The translations under genes and the position numbers were made by a program. Source: the human T2T-CHM13v2.0 reference genome, Homo sapiens. From it: 64,000 nucleotides of DNA. Of this stretch, positions 14,821 to 29,356 are shown piece by piece. The stretch is from assembly GCF_009914755.1 (NCBI RefSeq), contig NC_060935.1. One strand, given 5' to 3'. The notes below the pieces were generated by a model that saw nothing but the letters and a program-made list of their open reading frames with translations, was not told the DNA's origin and made no database searches. Numbering within the stretch: position 1 is the first letter of the stretch; the number at the start of each line of letters is the position of its first letter.

Positions 14821-17800
14821 GTATACTTTATTCAGAAGATGACTTGCAATAGTATTCTGCGGGACATAATTTAAAGTATATCTGCTATGAACAATATTAA
14901 AATATATCTTTAAAATCAGATATAGTTAACATGACAGAATAAGAAAAATAATACAGTAGTGGAAGATATTTAAAATCTATGCTACCTACTTCATTTTATA
15001 AATCAGTAATCACATGCCCAGAGGGATGAAATGACTTGCCAAGGTCATACAGATCATTAAAGGCATAAGTGGGATTAACAAGCCAAGTCTTCTCTTAAGC
15101 TACTTCTCTTTCCAGTATCCTATACTCTTATATGTAACCTTTATAAGAAATAACATATTAGTTAAAATAAGCTGTTTAGGAAAGATAACATCTGAGACGC
15201 CAAACTGTCAATTTGAAAAGATGTTCAGGTTTGTTTTCCTTTAATTATATTTGAATGTAGTAATTTTTGTTTTAAAATGAAATAGTAACAATACACAGTT
15301 CTCACTGCAGCCCTTCCTAGCCTGAAATAGTTGTCAAAATTTAAGAAAAGGTATTTGATGTTGAAGGATTCTGGAAACTTAATCCCAAAAGTTTCTCCTG
15401 TTGTTTTAAAGTCTTATATCATTTTAAGCATGTTGCACCAATTAATCATAGTTAATCCAGTGACAGTTTTTCCCTACAAAATACATCTGTGAGGGACATC
15501 AAGGGGACTGTTAAGATTCAGCATTCTGTCCATTTGCCAATTCTCATTTTCAAAAGGGGAGGAGAAGACAGATTCTTTGGTAAAAGACATAATCTTCAGC
15601 ATCGATACTCTAAGGAGAATCCCATGTGGATACTTGCAAAGTTGTAAATTATCAAACTATAGAATAAACTCAGAATACACAAGTCTCCCAATTTTTTCTC
15701 TGTGTGAATTATGTTACGCATGCTAGTTTTCACCAGACTCTAACAAAGTCTAGTCTTGTTGAATAAGACCTAAGAATTAGTCTCTAGAATGCTACCAAGT
15801 GTAAAGTTGATTACAATATCAGCAAGCCCAATTCCCAAATACTGCTATTTCGAATTTTTAGTTCAAAGAGTTGGATTACCTGGGACTAAACCCTTCTTGA
15901 AGGAACTAAGGTTTTTCCAATGAGATATTCATCACAGTTATTCATAATATTGACAAAACAGGAAATACATGTCCATCAGGGGATTAATTAAACCTACCTA
16001 TATGGTCAACTAGTGTACAGCAACTTTTGTTAAAAAAAAAAAATCCTTATTATTGGAAGAAAATATGTCAAACCATCTTTTTCTGTTCTCTCAAATTTTT
16101 TCCTGCATGTTCTCTCTATGTCTTCTACAATGAGCATAGTTTACTATGATAAAGAGCGGGATGGTGGGGGTGGGGGAGTACCAAAAATGATTGGGTTGTA
16201 GTACTTCAGCTAAATCTATACACTGTTTTGTGTGTGGTTTTCTCCACTGTTTTATACCATCTAGAGACGAATTTATAAATTCCTTTTTATTACTCCATTT
16301 TCCAGGTAATTACTTAACTGCTTGGAATTAATTATATGATACTATGTTTAAATTTTTTTCTTTTCTCAAATAGCTCATCAACTGTTTAAATAATATTTGT
16401 TGAAATACACACATTCCATTGATTTATAAAGCTTCTATTGTTGGACACTGATCTCCTATACACAATAGGGTCTGCTTCTGGAGTATTGGTTTTGTTCCCA
16501 TAATTGTTTTTACCCTTGACACTTAATTCTTGAACCTATAGCACACTGATACAATTTTTGCAGCTTTGTAGTATATGTGGTTATTATTTGGTCCTTGGAG
16601 ACAGAATCAATCAAGCACTTTAACTTGGTACTGAATGTCCCTAAGTAAGCCTCATCTGTAAAATGGAAATGTTAAAACCTATCAAATGGTGTTTTGTGAG
16701 AATAAACTATATGTGAGTTAAATAAAATAGAATGAAATAAAGTGTTGTAAAACTTTTAGCACAGTACCCAGAACATAAGACTTTAATTTATCATAAGCAC
16801 TACAATCTTTTTTCCTTTGCACAAGCTTTTTGTTTGAATTGTCCTTTTTCTTTCCCTTACTCTAGGTGTTAGCTCTTATTAAAATGTCCACTGAGTCTTT
16901 TAAACTCTGTATGATTTATTCCAGTTGCCTAGTCTGCAATTATTATCTGTTTCACTGAATGATACTTAGCATATGATACTTTGGAATGGTTTTGTACTTA
17001 AGTTTTGGTTCTGCTTCCCAAGCTAGATTTGAAGCCCACTGTGATGGAGAAACGTATCTTATGTCTTCTATGTCTCTCCCTCTTTTTTCCTCCTCTTATC
17101 TCTCGAAATTACAAAATTCATTCCCTCTCTCTTTCTTTGATGACAATTTGATGACACACCAAATGTTCTCACTGAGAACTGCATAATTACCACTGATTCA
17201 GAGACAAGTATATAAACATATGAAATAACTTTAAAAAGATATAGAACTAAATTTAAATTTTAGATATTTAAAATTTTATACTTTTAACATATTTTAAGAT
17301 AATCAAATGATTATTTAGATAAGTAATAAAAGTCAATGTAAATCTATCATATTTTGCTGATTACTTAAAAAAATTTAGGATCACATTACCTAGTTGAGTA
17401 ATTTTGGGAACATATTATCAAAAGTTTAATGCCAAGTTTTGCTTATGATTACTGACAGTGTTACTGTATCTTGGAAAGATAACAGAGCTAACATTTTTAA
17501 AGTTGCACAATCACATTCTGGATGGTGTATGTCCCTAAGTTCCCCCTCTTTAGGCTTCCAAATAATGTGTCATAGTATATTTGGTATGAAGTAATTCACA
17601 CCAAAAAAGAATTAAAAGATCTATTTTGAACTGATGATATGATCCAAAAAGAAAAGAAAAACACATTTTTAAAGGGACATAAACAGTTCATGCCAAAAAT
17701 GAAAACAACTTTACTGATGACAAGAAAGAAACATCTTCTGGGTTCTATTTTTTTTTCAAATTCTGCTTCATTGTTTATCCCTCTTTTCCACCAAGCCCAA

Positions 17801-17939
17801 AAGACATTAACTTATGTTTCCAGAAAAGTGGTCTTACAATTCTGGCTAGTACCTAAGTACAATTATATAGAATCCGGAATTCTCACAACCTATCCGCATT
17901 TTCAAAATCTTGGAAAAACTGATATGAAGCAGACTGTAA

Positions 17940-19345
17940 CCTTTTGTAAGGTGATCGTAACAAATAAATTATGATTTCTGGGCCCACTTAAAATGGCAAG
18001 TAGGAAAATATCTAAGCTAAAAAGAGAAATAACTTCTTGACATATGGATTCAAACTATACAAGAACCCAGATCTTAGCTTCTAATATTATTCCCTATTCA
18101 AAGGAGTCAGACTCCTTGAAGAAATGGCTGATTTCAAGGCAGAGGCAGGGAAGGAATAAAATGATCCTAGATCAACTTGTTATGATGAAAAGTTAAAAAG
18201 TACTTTTTCTAAAAGGAGATCTGTGAAAAGAACACAGGAATCTGTCTGAGTGGTGCACGCTGGTCAAATATGGGATAATTTGTGCATTAAAATAATAAAA
18301 ACCATTAATGATTTACATATTATTGACAAAAAAAAAACCTGAATCCATGTATCTGTAGCTCAAACAGACAGGAAGAGAGAGTTCCTGCTTATAGTAAAAG
18401 GTCGACTGCTGACTGCTAAAAATAGAGGGAGTATGGAGTTAGAAAATAATCATTTTTTGTTATCAGAATCAAAATTGCTATAGGCAAGAATCATTAGTAA
18501 ATGCTGAAATCTAGGGGAACATGATTGATGAACAGTAGGATATTTGCATAGTGTTAGAGTGTCTTCTAGTAGACTGATTATTAATTGCAAACATAAAAAT
18601 CGCCACTATGAAGTGGAGAAATCTGACAATCATCTGACCAAGTTACCAAAATTAACATCATCAGTGAGGGACAGACAGGCATTGTGGACTTCCGGATGTG
18701 TACTCTTAGAAGGATGCCCTTAGAAGGAACACAGGTAATATTCCAACTGTTGACACAGCCTGAAACTAACAATGAGAGATACTGGAAAACAGAAAATAAG
18801 AAACATTGTATTAAAAATGGGGGGTGAGAAGTTACATTATTTAAAAATGTCAACATTATAGACAAAGGCAGCACAAGTATTCCAGATGAAAAGAGACGAA
18901 AGAGAAATAAAAACTAAATGCAATATATGTAGTATGTACTAGATCCTGTACTGGAAGAAAAAAGGGATGGGGGGGTGCTATAAAGGACACTATTAGATCA
19001 AATGACAAAACTGGAATATGGATAGTAGGTTTTATTATATTGATGTTAAATTTCCTGAGGTTGATAACTGTACTGTTTACGTACTGTTCATGTACCTCTG
19101 AAGCATATACTAAAGAATTTAGGTGTGTGTGTGTATGGGGGAGATGGGGAGAGGAGAGAGGGGAAGAGGGAAGAAGGGATAAAGAGAGGAAAGAAGGGTA
19201 GGGAAGAAAGACCTCAAATAAAACGATGGGGCAAAATATTAACAACAGGTGAATATGGGTAAAGGCTATATACATGTTTGCATTATTCTTGCAACTTTTC
19301 TGTAAGTTTAAAATTATTTCCAAATTAAAAGTTTGAAAAATACCC
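17940..19345 (+). mobile_element. L1MC-type 3' end
   Basis: 'aacccagatcttagcttctaata', 'tgatgttaaatttcctgag', 'gcaacttttctgtaagtttaaaattatttccaaattaaaagtt'. Confidence 0.7.
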
Positions 19346-21238
19346 AAGAATTCCTAGAACCTATTTATAAACATCTGCCATTAATATAATGTCAATATAT
19401 TGCCTTTCTGTCAGTTTGTCTAGAAGAAGAGGGGTGAATAGTGAAGAGGGAGAATCTAAATAATTATAGTTAGTTTCATTAGATAATTCCAAAGAGTTGT
19501 GAAGCGATACCCTCAAGAATATGGAAATAACAGAATATACTGAATTCTCAGCATTAACTTAAATGCTAAAGATCAACAGAGAAACGAAAGGCCAATAAAA
19601 GAGACAGAGTGGTTCTTGGGCTAGAGAACACTCTCTAACTTATTCAGATTGAACTGATAAAAATGAGAATTTGATTAGCTATTTGTTGGCAACATATATC
19701 CAAACATTATCCAGGGGAGAGGAGACTTAAAGTCACAGACTGAAAGTTTTCTGTCCCCATTGATAACATACAGTAATCTCTAACTTCAAATAGAAGCAAC
19801 AGGCTATGTTAGTCTGATAGTCTTTAAGTATTTAACATCAAATATCGGTTTGATTCCATAATCAAAACTCCGGACTTTGATATGGCTTTCTACTAAGATC
19901 TGGTGACAGGAAGACAATGTGCTGATAATGCATGTTTTGTTCTATATGCATTTTCAGCACTTTTCACATTTCCTATAAATTAGTAGTCTAGCATGTTAGT
20001 TTTAACACATCAGTCTAATGAACTTGAATAATGAGTCTGCATCATGAAAGGTAATTTGTCTCTTCTTGTACTCAAAAATCAGATTTCTGCATCCAGAAAA
20101 TTCAGATCTTAGAGTTTAATAAACATAATCAAAACTACCAAATACTCCTTTGTTAAGCCATTTCAGAAAGCAGGCCAATCTTTTCCCCCAAGTGATGATA
20201 CTCTATACGTAGCAGAAACTACAGTAGATTATGCAAACTGGCTTACTCAATATCTTCGAAGTCCCCTTTATGGTTTCCTTCTTGTATTATAGAGCCTGGA
20301 AAGAAAAACCACCACCACCAGCACCAACAAAAAAAACCCTACACTTTTTGGGGCAAAATGGGCTCTGTATACAATCTTAACTTCCACCAAAGAAACAACT
20401 CATGTAAAACTTAAAAGCAGAAGTCAGCAGTATGAGACTAAAGCAGAAGTCAGCAGTGTGAATATCTGCAGGAGAATGGATATTCTAGCACAACTATGGT
20501 GAAGGTTATAATGTCTGATATATACCCAGCATTGTAAGTGCCAAGTGGTAAAAGGTGGAAGGAATATGGTTTCTATGAGAATAGCACCAAGCTGGGCTGT
20601 TCCTAGTACCCAGAATTGGTTCCCTGCTTGTCCCTCACCCCTAAAATTTCACAAGTTGCCAAATACTTTGTTATGACTCCTTTCTGCTTAGAGAAAGTAG
20701 AGCCAGTAATGTGAAACTAAGAACCTCAACCAATAGTCTGAAAGAGCAATTATTTTATATGTCTTCATAGTTCTAGCTTATGAATTTCTGCCTGATCATG
20801 TTGATAATACCACCCCTAAGAAGAATGAGTTAACATTTGGGTGCTTAAACAATAATGTCAAGCATTGTAATAATGATTTGCAAACATTGTGAGTAAATGT
20901 TCCACATTCTATGAAAGACCTCCCAGGAGAAGGGCTGGCAGGGAAAATCACAGGTTCACCAAGAGAAGAAATTAATATTCTTAATAAACCAATTCAAGGA
21001 TGCACTATTTTTAGAAATATTCAGATTATGATCAATGTTTTGAAAAAGGACAATTAAATCTGGAAAGTAATTTTAACATGTTGCTCTCCTCTCCAACCTT
21101 AAACATAAAAATTTCTTCATGCTTCTTATGCTAGCCCATAAAACTCAAACTTGCAGTTGTAACAAAAATATGGCATATAAAAAACATTCCTAAATGTTGT
21201 ACCTTCGACTGTACTTTAGCTAGTAAAGGTTTTTGTAC

Positions 21239-21376
21239 CTGAAGATTGATCTCTGCCTCATAGAAGGTTAGGCATGAGCAGTAATGTCGATCTGAGTCAA
21301 TGTCTGTCAGGACAACCACAAAGAACGTTGGCTGCTTCCTCTCTCTGGACAGCTGCCACCCGCCAGGCTGACAAAA
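21239..21376 (-). CDS. SBF2: SBF2 coding exon (probably exon 3), 138 nt, phase 0-0, uDENN region
   Basis: Minus strand translates to [46 protein letters not shown], recognised as SBF2/MTMR13. Acceptor tttcatttag| (AG at 21377-21378); donor CAG|gtacaa (GT at 21237-21238). Confidence 0.96.
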
Positions 21377-21974
21377 CTAAATGAAATAGAAAAAAAAATG
21401 TAACATTTAAAAACAATAAAAGTTAATTATTAATCTCTGAGAAATTTTAAATGTTTGCCCATTTTAACAAATTCCTACCTGATGTGGTATGAGTCTAAAG
21501 CCAACATTTAAAAAAAAGTTAATGTACAGATTCATAATGGTGAAAACTTTCACCAATGTGCATATATATTTCATGAAGATAGCCTCGATTTCCCACAGTT
21601 GCCACTCTGGGTGCCATTTCTGAGACCCAGGTAGGCCTATGTAGGAATACCGCATCAAAATTAAAGACATCCCCCAACTATGAGAACAAATCATGGAATA
21701 CATTAGAAATCAAGGGCAAAATATGTATCATTGAGGGAAAATAGAATTATTTTTAAATTTCCATATGAATCTGAGAGTCTTCAATTCATTACAAAAAAAG
21801 AGATATCTTGTTCAGCAAGACAGACCACATTCTTGTCCATAAAACATACTTCAACAAATTTAAAAAAGAGGAATCATAGAATGTCTGCTGTTAGACCATG
21901 ACAGAATTAAACTAGAAATCAATAACAGGCAGATAGCTGGAAAATCCAGAAATACTTGCAGGTTAAACAACACT

Positions 21975-22268
21975 TTCTTTTTTTTTTGAGATAGGGTCTT
22001 GTTTCATCACCCAGGCTGCAGTGCAGTGGCATGATCACAGCTCACTTTAACCCCAACCCCCTGGGCTCAGGCGATTCTCCCATCTCAGCCTCCTGAGTAG
22101 CTGGGACTACAGGTGCCTACCAGTATATCTGGCTAATATTTTTTATTTTGTAGAGAAAGGGTCTTTCCATGTTGTCCAGGCTGGTCTCGAACTCCTGGGC
22201 TCAAGCAATTCTCCTGTGTCAGTCTCCCAAAGTGCCAGGATTATAGGCATAAGCTACTGCACCCAGCC
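21975..22268 (-). mobile_element. AluJ
   Basis: Alu body; TSD-like aacaacacttt / aacaatacttt. Confidence 0.9.
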
Positions 22269-23005
22269 AAACAATACTTTTTAAATAACATGAGTCAAAG
22301 ATGAAATCTCAAGAGAAATTTAAAAAATATTTTGAGCTAACTGAAAATGAAAATAAAACATCAAAATTTGTGTGATGTGATGAAAGCAGTGCTTATAGAA
22401 AAATTTCTATCATTGAATGCACATATTAGAAAAGAAGAAAGATCTAAAGTCAGTAAACTAAGCTTTGACCTTTGGAAACTAGAAAAGAAGAGCAAATTAC
22501 ATCCAGAGTAAGCAAATAAAGAAAATAAAAGTTAGAATTGAAATCAATGATACTGAAAACAGAAAATCAGTAGAGAAAAATCAATAAAATAAAAGGCTGC
22601 TTCTTTGAAAAGCTCAATAAGCCTCTAGCCAGGCTAATTAAGAAAAAAAAAAAAAGGCACAAATTACTAACAAATGAAATGAAAGACGGGATATCAGTAC
22701 AGATTGTTCTGGGCGGGAGACCCGCAAGAGGAGAAGAAAAGGCACACACACAATACCTTTAAAGGTAAACAAGCTTTATCCCATGTAAATGGCAATGTAG
22801 ATATAATAAGCAAATTATATAATAAGCAAAGTAATAAAATAAGCAAATGATATAATAAGCAAATTGCAACGCAAAGGGGAGAAGGGAAAAGAGATAAATG
22901 TCTCTACACTCACCAGACTATGGAGGATTCACCACCAGACTGGGAAGCAACAGTCTGGGCTCCAGAGTTGGACACTGCACTCACCAGACTATGGAGGATT
23001 CACCA

Positions 23006-23350
23006 TGCCAGAGGTGGTGAATTCCTCTTCAAAGGGTTTAATTGTGTAATGTCCTTGGTTCAAAGGCCCCACCTTCTTGTACTTTCTCATTTTTAGCCTG
23101 CAAGCAGCCCTCCTGCTCTTGCTGTGCCCTAACTTGCCCAGACATGTCCAGACACGTCTTGTGCCATAGCAGAAGAACCACTTCTACCCGCTCCCTTGCG
23201 AATTGTGCATCTACCCTATTTGTTCAGTGTGCTCTTGTGATCGTGGCTGATGCAGGGAGCACCCTTCTGCAGAAGTAAATTGCCTTGCTGAGAACGCTTT
23301 TTGCCTGAGTGCTGGTTTCACTTTGCAGCACCAAGCACTTGTTTCTAACA
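23006..23350 (+). mobile_element. Solo LTR, ERV1 class (LTR10-like 3' end), 345 bp
   Basis: TG...CA, perfect 4-bp TSD ACCA (23002-23005 / 23351-23354), AGTAAA signal, ends 'ttgccttgctgaga...gcacttgtttctaaca'. Confidence 0.8.
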
Positions 23351-23566
23351 ACCACTAGACTGGGAAGCAACAGCCTGGGCTCTATAGTCAGCCACTTGTC
23401 TGTGCACAGACAAAGAGAGGTCTCATGAAGCTTCAGCACAGTGTGGGACCCTAGCTGTTTTTGTAACGAGTTGTTTGGCAGGAGGTCCAGTCATGAAGGC
23501 CCTTCGTGACTGGACTCAAGGAACACAAAAAGGTCAACTTGTTTTTGTGACTATCTATTGCTTTTC

Positions 23567-23901
<335 letters not shown>

Positions 23902-24291
23902 TAGAGATTTCTCTGAAACAGTGCTGGACGAACGCCTGAAGGGGCTCACACAACCTGTGCCAGGACTTGGTGACCATTGTTTGTGTCCACGTTCAATTGA
24001 GTTCAAATTTAATATTTAACTTTTCCTCCACACAAAAGTTCCCATGAACTTTTAAAGGATAATCAATGAATATTATGCACAAGTCTATGCCCACAGCTTT
24101 GACAATGTAGAGAAATGTACCAATTTCTTGAAAGACACAATCTACCAAAACTCACACAAGAAATGGACAATCAGCATAGTCCTATATTGTTAAAGAAACT
24201 GAATCAATAATTAATAACTTTCCAAAACAGAAAGCACCAGGCCCAGATGGATTGACTGGTGGATTCTTTTAAACATTTAAGGAAGAAGTTA

Positions 24292-24611
24292 CAGTCAGCC
24301 CTCTGTATCTGTGGGTTCTACATCTGTGGATTCAACCAACCACGGATCAAAAATATTTGAAAAAAAAAGAAAAATAACAATACAACTATAAAAATAGCAT
24401 ATATAAAAATCCAGGATAGTAGCTATTTACATAACATTTACATTGTCTTAGGTATAAGTAATCTAGAGATGATTTACAATATACAGGAGGATATGCATGG
24501 GTTATATGCACATACCACACCATTTAACATAAAACATTTGAACATCCTCGGATTTTGGTATGTGTGGGGGATTCTTGGAACCAATCCCCTGCAGATTCCA
24601 AAGGACAACTG
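24292..24611. mobile_element. MER2 (TcMar-Tigger MITE)
   Basis: Ends 'cagtcagccctctgtatctg' and 'cagattccaaaggacaactg', flanked by TA on both sides. Confidence 0.85.
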
Positions 24612-26475
24612 TATACCAATTATCTGCAACCTCTTTCAGAAAACAGAAGCAAAGGGAATACCTTCTTCATTCTATGAGGCCAGCACTATACTAATACCAA
24701 AACCAGATAAAGACATTTACAGAAATAAAAATTATTGACCAATATTGCTCATAAACATAAAAGCAAAAATATTAGCAAGTTGAATTCAACAATGAATAAA
24801 AATAATATCATGACCAAGTGGAATTCATCCCAGGCATGCAAGGCTGGTTAACCATTCAAAAATCAATTAAAGCATTATATCGTATCAACAGGCTAAAGAA
24901 TAATAATCATGTGATCATACCAATAGATGCAGAAAATGCATTTGACAAAATCCAATACCTATTGATGATAAACAGCCTCAGTACACTAGAAGTAGAGGGA
25001 AACTTCCTCAACTTGATAAAGAATATCTTTTAAAAAAAAAAAACTCCTATGGCTAGTACCATACTTAATGCTGAAAAACTCAAAGCTTTCCAAGAATGAT
25101 CAGGGGAATAAAGTAAGGATGCCCCTTTCACCACTGCTTCTCAATATTATCCTACAAGTCCTAGTTAACGCAATAAAATGAAAAAAATAAAAAGTATATA
25201 TATTGGGAGGAAAGAAACAAAACTGCTTTTGTTCACAGATGACATGATTGTGTAAACAGATAATCTGAAAGGACAAAAAAAAAAAAAAAACCCATCCCTG
25301 GAACTAATAAGCAATTAAAAACAAGTTCTAAGATACAAAGTTAATATACAAAAATCAACCACTTTTCCTTTATGTCAGAAGTAAGTGGAATTTGAGGCAA
25401 AAATATAATACCATTTACATTAGCACTCCACTAAACCAAATAATTAGGTATAAATCTAACAAGATACGCAAAAGATCTATATAAGGAAAACTATAACACT
25501 CTGATGAAAGAAATCAAAGAACTAAATAAATGAAGAGAGATTCTATGTTCATGGATAGGAAGACTCAATACTGACAAAATGTCAGTTTGTCCCACTTTGA
25601 CCCAAGGATTCAACATAATTCCAACAAAAATCCCAGCAAGTTATTTTATGGATATTAACAAAATGATCCTAAAGTTTATAAAGAGAGGCAAAAGATCCAG
25701 GATAGCCAATACAATATTGGAGAAAAACAGCTGGAGGACTGACACTACCAAACTTTGAGACCTACCAGGAAGCTATAGTAGACAAGACAGTGTGATACTG
25801 GCAAAAGAATAGGCAAAGAGATCAACAAAACAGAATAGAGAGCCCGAAGTAGACTACACAAATACCTTCAACTGATCTTATATACACATGCAAAGTGCTC
25901 AGAGAAGCCCCTGGCATATAATCCAGTGGACGTAAATGTTAGGTATTATGACCATTACCCCCTTTGATCCAACCCATGTTTCTATCCCCATCTCTTTGAC
26001 ATTTTCCTCTTTTGTACAGACGTTTTCCAAAACTAGCTCCTCCTTTCACTGTCTCATTGCCTACCTTGTATGAGTCTAGAGATATCAGAAAAGTAAGATC
26101 GACATGATTTCCTACATTTGGAGAGGGATGTTAATCATGTTCACAGTTTCTCTAGAGAAAGGCTTAACTGTACCTTAATTAGCAAATCAGTAAAAACATT
26201 TCTATTACATATTTAGTTTAAAATAGCAATTTATTCAAAATATTATTGATAACTTAAGAATCATTTATTCTATGAAGTCTTCTTTGAAACTTCCTAGCTT
26301 CTCTCGCCCTCTCCAAACCAAAGAATCAGGCCACGCTGTTCCTCTACTATACTCCAAAACCATCTTTATTATGAATAACAACAACAATAATAACCTATCC
26401 TCCTCTATATTTCCCTAGAACTTTTTATCTATTAATACTAATCTGGTAAAGAAAAGCCGACATCATTATCTTTAT

Positions 26476-26610
26476 GTGTCCCTTGGTATCTGTGGAGGAT
26501 TGGTTCCAGGTCCCCTCACTAATATCAAAATCTGCAGATAATCAAGTCCCACAGTCAGCCCTCAGGAAGCTGCAGATATGAAAAACTGGCCCTTGATATC
26601 CACATATTTT
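26476..26610. mobile_element. MER2-family fragment
   Basis: 'gtcccttggtatctgtggaggattggttccagg'. Confidence 0.6.
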
Positions 26611-26759
26611 TCTCTCAACAACCCATCTATACTAAATTCCATAACCCTATATCTCAGGCTTATTTGTGACTGCAATAAGCCTTTTTATTCTAGAATAGCA
26701 GCTATCAAAAGAGTCCCCAATGTCAAAATTATTTTCATAATAAACCTAAGATATTGGTT

Positions 26760-28130
<1,371 letters not shown>

Positions 28131-28717
28131 TTTTAATGAGAATGGGTGTTAACATGTAACTATCCTTGGCTTAAACTACTTGGGTAGCAGAACGGTATAA
28201 TCCTTGGTAGAACTGGAAAGTTTTATCAGGCTACAATAAAAGCCAAAAATATCTTTCAAAATCCTTTTACTTTCTCTCAACAAACTTCTTTCGTGAATAA
28301 GGTACATCATTTTCTAAAATGAGCCTCAGAATCAGGAAGGAAGTATGTGAGCTTAGGTTATAACATAATGTAACGATACAGCCTGCATCATCAGTTCTAC
28401 CACCACCACAAACTGCCCCTCTGATAAAAAGTGAATCAGTTCTGTGAATTAACAGCAAATAATCCCATTCTCATAGAAGTCTGTCATTCATATCATTAGC
28501 TAATCACTAGGCTTGGTAAATGGTACTAAAAAACATACACTAGAGAATGATGACTGCATATTTTCACATCTTTAAAGAAACTACAGGTTTTCAATAAGGA
28601 CAAACAAAATCCCTTCATTTTAGTTCTAATTCTACCAAATATATTTGACTTCTCAAATTGAAGTTACCTAACAGAAATAACAATGCAACTTTTTATAACC
28701 ATATACATATAGGCATA

Positions 28718-29356
28718 TAAGTCCCCTCTTATCCATGGAGGATATGTTCAAGATCCCACAGTGGTTACCTAAAACTGTGGATAATACCGAACCCTGTATG
28801 TACTATGTATGTATGTATATGGAACCCTATATGTACTATGTTTTTTCCTATACATACATAACAATGATGTTTAGTTTATAAGTTATACATAGTAAGAGAT
28901 GAACAATAACTAATAATAAAATATAACAATTATGATATTAGACTATAATAAAAGTTATATGAATGGGGTCTCTCTCAAAATGTATTATTGTATTATACTT
29001 GCCCTTCTTATGATAATGTGAGATGATTTAATGCCTCTGTGATGAGATGAAAGGTGAATGACATAAACATTGTGACATAGCTATAGGCTACTATTGACCT
29101 TCTGATGGTAAATCAGATAAGATGGCTACTAAGTGACTAATGGGTGCATAGTGTATACAGTGTGGATAAGCTGGACAAAGGGATGATGCATATCCCAGGT
29201 GGGATGGTGTGAGATTTCATCATACTACTCAGATGGTGCATAATTTAAAACCAATGAATTGTTTCTGGAATTTTCCATTTAATATTTTTGGACCTCAGTT
29301 GACCATGGGTAAATAAAACCACAGAAAGCAAAACCATGGGTAAGGGGGAAACTACA
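28718..29356. mobile_element. MER44/Tigger7-family DNA transposon
   Basis: Inverted termini 'agtcccctcttatccatgg' and 'ccatgggtaagggggaaact'. Confidence 0.8.

Noticed and set aside
18581-19347. 97-aa and 163-aa minus-strand ORFs
   Set aside because: Antisense reading of an L1MC 3' end and a purine-rich low-complexity tract.
22800-23400. Repeated units with a unique insert, superficially CRISPR-like
   Set aside because: These are LTR-internal tandem repeats interrupted by a second LTR in a primate intron; there are no regular spacers or cas genes.
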